A DNA stretch of 27,979 nucleotides from Nitrosopumilaceae archaeon. GTDB lineage: Archaea > Thermoproteota > Nitrososphaeria > Nitrososphaerales > Nitrosopumilaceae. The notes beneath the pieces were generated by a model. The model saw only the letters and a program-made list of their open reading frames with translations, was not told the DNA's origin and ran no database searches. Both the position numbers and the translations under genes were made by a program. This document shows, piece after piece, positions 26,113-27,979 of the stretch (within the stretch, counting starts at the first letter, position 1; each line of letters opens with the position of its first letter). The DNA is taken from contig JBQTHX010000087.1 of NCBI GenBank assembly GCA_052389415.1, positions 1-27,979 on the forward strand, in the 5' to 3' direction.

Positions 26113-26949
26113 ATGCAGATAAGAACACCGGCTGTTGCTGGCATGTTCTATCCAAAAGAAACACACGAACTAAAATCTGCAATACATGATTGTTTTTTGC
26201 ATGATTTTGGACCAGGAAAAACTCCACCTGCAGAAAACAATGAAGAAATACTTGGTGTGATCTGTCCACATGCTGGATATATGTACTCTGGGTCTGTCGC
26301 GACCAACTCTTTTTACCACATATCTTCACAAAAACCAGAGCTTGTGATTGTCATAGGTCCAAACCATTGGGGGATAGGCTGTAATGTCGCTGCTATGAAG
26401 GATGGTCAGTGGCAGACTCCACTTGGAAATGTTGAAGTGGATACTGAGTCTGCAATAAAGTTACATGAACTTTCTAAGATAGTCGAGTTAGATTTTTTTT
26501 CACATACAAAAGATCATAGTTTAGAGGTTCAGATTCCTATGTTGCAAGAAACTTATTCTCACAAATTCAAGATCCTGCCCATTATCTTGATAGATCAGGG
26601 ACGCAATACCGCAAAAGAGATTGGAACTGCAATAGCAAAGATAGCAAAAATGAAAAAGACAATAATCATAGGATCTTCTGATTTTACTCATTATGAAGAG
26701 AATAGCTATGCATACAAGCAAGACAAGATGTTGATAGAACCTATTCTTGATTTAGATGTTGATAAATTCTATAGTGTGTTTCAAGAAAATCAAATTAGTG
26801 CGTGTGGATATGGAGCGATTGCATCCACCATGGTAGCTTGCAAAGAACTTGGAGCTTCAAAAGGAACCTTACTAAAATATGCCACAAGTGGAGACGTGGC
26901 TGGAGACAAGAGTTCTGTGGTAGGATATGCATCGATTGCATTCTCATGA
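26113..26949 (+). CDS. MEMO1 family protein (AmmeMemoRadiSam protein B)
   Basis: RTPAVAGMFYP, PHAGYMYSG, GPNH, HSLEVQIP, SSDFTHY, CGYG, YATSGD, VVGY; start moved to ATG 26113. Confidence 0.93.
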   Translation: MQIRTPAVAGMFYPKETHELKSAIHDCFLHDFGPGKTPPAENNEEILGVICPHAGYMYSGSVATNSFYHISSQKPELVIVIGPNHWGIGCNVAAMKDGQWQTPLGNVEVDTESAIKLHELSKIVELDFFSHTKDHSLEVQIPMLQETYSHKFKILPIILIDQGRNTAKEIGTAIAKIAKMKKTIIIGSSDFTHYEENSYAYKQDKMLIEPILDLDVDKFYSVFQENQISACGYGAIASTMVACKELGASKGTLLKYATSGDVAGDKSSVVGYASIAFS

Positions 26950-27887
26950 AATCGATTGCATCTGCTCCAGGCAAGGTTATTTTGTTTGGGGAACATTTTG
27001 TGATCTATGGCACCAAAGCTATTCTATGTTCCATAGATAAGAGAATAAAGGTAACATCTCAAACAATTAATGAGAAAAAAATCAAAATAAGATCAGAACT
27101 TGGTAGTCTAGAAGCAGATCTAGATTCTACAGAAGATAATGAATTGATGAAACCGTTTGTATATTTAGCAAATCATGTATTGAAGAAGTTTGATAAAAAT
27201 CACGGTATTGAGATTAAAATAGAATCTGAAATACCACCAGGTATAGGTCTTGGTTCATCATCTGCTTCTTGTGTAGCAGCAGCTGCGTCGATAAGTGGAT
27301 TGTTTGAAAAACTTTCAAAAGAAGATATTCTAAAATTAGCAATAGATGCCGAGCGTACCATATTCAAGAACACATCGGGAGCAGATTGTTCTGTCTGTAC
27401 TTTTGGAGGACTAGCTGAATATGATATCAAGAATGGTTTTAAAAAAATCAATTCCAAATCTGATTTTGATCTTGTAATTGCAAATTCAAAGAAATCACAC
27501 CATACAAGCGAGGTTGTTGATAAAGTAAGAAAATTCAAAGAAAACAATAGTGATTTGTTCGAATCGTTGTCCAAACAAGAATCAAATCTAATCAAAGACG
27601 CGCTTTGTTGCTTAGAAAAAAATGATCTATCACAAATTGGTTCATTAATGTCTAAAAATCAGATCCTCTTAGAACAGATTGGTGTTTCTACGGACGAAAT
27701 AGATGCTCTTGTCAAAGAAGCCAAAAAGACAGCCTTTGGTGCAAAAATAACTGGAGCAGGCGGTGGTGGATGCATAATTGCTCTCGCAGATAAATCTCAT
27801 CTTGCTCAGACCCTTAATAATCTGAAAAATTATTCTGAGGTCTTTTCTACTAGAATTGACAACAGAGGTCTAGTAGATACTTTTTAA
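26946..27887 (+). CDS. mvk: mevalonate kinase (GHMP family)
   Basis: SAPGKVILFGEH, PPGIGLGSSSA, SGAD, GAKITGAGGGG; true start ATG 26946 overlapping the MEMO stop (ATGA). Confidence 0.93.
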   Translation: MKSIASAPGKVILFGEHFVIYGTKAILCSIDKRIKVTSQTINEKKIKIRSELGSLEADLDSTEDNELMKPFVYLANHVLKKFDKNHGIEIKIESEIPPGIGLGSSSASCVAAAASISGLFEKLSKEDILKLAIDAERTIFKNTSGADCSVCTFGGLAEYDIKNGFKKINSKSDFDLVIANSKKSHHTSEVVDKVRKFKENNSDLFESLSKQESNLIKDALCCLEKNDLSQIGSLMSKNQILLEQIGVSTDEIDALVKEAKKTAFGAKITGAGGGGCIIALADKSHLAQTLNNLKNYSEVFSTRIDNRGLVDTF

Positions 27888-27912
27888 ACCGACTGGTTTC
27901 CAGTAGAAAAAT

Positions 27913-27979
27913 ATGATTTTGATAAAGCTTGGCGGTTCGATAATCACAAACAAGGAAAAACCACTTACACCAAACCTTT
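27913..27979 (+). CDS. isopentenyl phosphate kinase, 5' end (truncated by window edge)
   Basis: MILIKLGGSIITNKEKPLTPNL, an amino-acid-kinase family start, directly after mvk as in archaeal mevalonate operons. Confidence 0.8.
   Translation, partial: MILIKLGGSIITNKEKPLTPNL

Noticed and set aside
25769-26329. 186-aa minus-strand ORF and other antisense ORFs over eno, mvk, mdh, larB and iscS
   Set aside because: All lie opposite well-supported conserved genes and lack motifs.
26802-26945. Cys/Trp-rich N-terminal extension of mevalonate kinase in the ORF track
   Set aside because: Overlaps the MEMO gene; the GHMP fold begins at MKSIASAPGK (ATG 26946).
1-27979. CRISPR arrays, IS elements, prophage or defence systems
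   Set aside because: No regularly spaced repeats, terminal inverted repeats, or transposase, integrase or nuclease-effector ORFs were seen by eye.

Overview
AT-rich, gene-dense archaeal chromosome segment, almost certainly from an ammonia-oxidising archaeon (Nitrososphaerota/Thaumarchaeota, Nitrosopumilaceae-like). This rests on a PEFG-CTERM tail, a thaumarchaeal S-layer-like protein, archaeal ribosomal and RNAP genes, and TATA boxes about 20-30 bp upstream of start codons. Left half: a B12-binding radical SAM enzyme resembling the GDGT ring synthase (Grs) family, a VIT1/CCC1 transporter, malate dehydrogenase, nickel-pincer (NPN) cofactor genes larB and larC-larE coupled to a cysteine desulfurase (no larA in the window), a ~1000-aa S-layer paralogue, a two-domain multicopper oxidase-ZIP operon with a palindromic operator over its TATA box, and an AAA+ ATPase-vWA-wHTH operon. 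Right half: rps13 (long Ala/Pro/Lys repeat tail), rps4, glmS, cobT, an MBL hydrolase, nnrE, a translin/TRAX protein, tRNA-Leu(GAG), and rpoN-eno-rps2-MEMO-mvk-ipk. I saw no CRISPR array, transposase, integrase or rRNA. Family calls come from recognising motifs by eye, not from database searches. The best candidates for under-described biology are the larC-larE-iscS module, the Grs-like radical SAM, the operator-controlled MCO-ZIP module and the AAA-vWA-wHTH operon.
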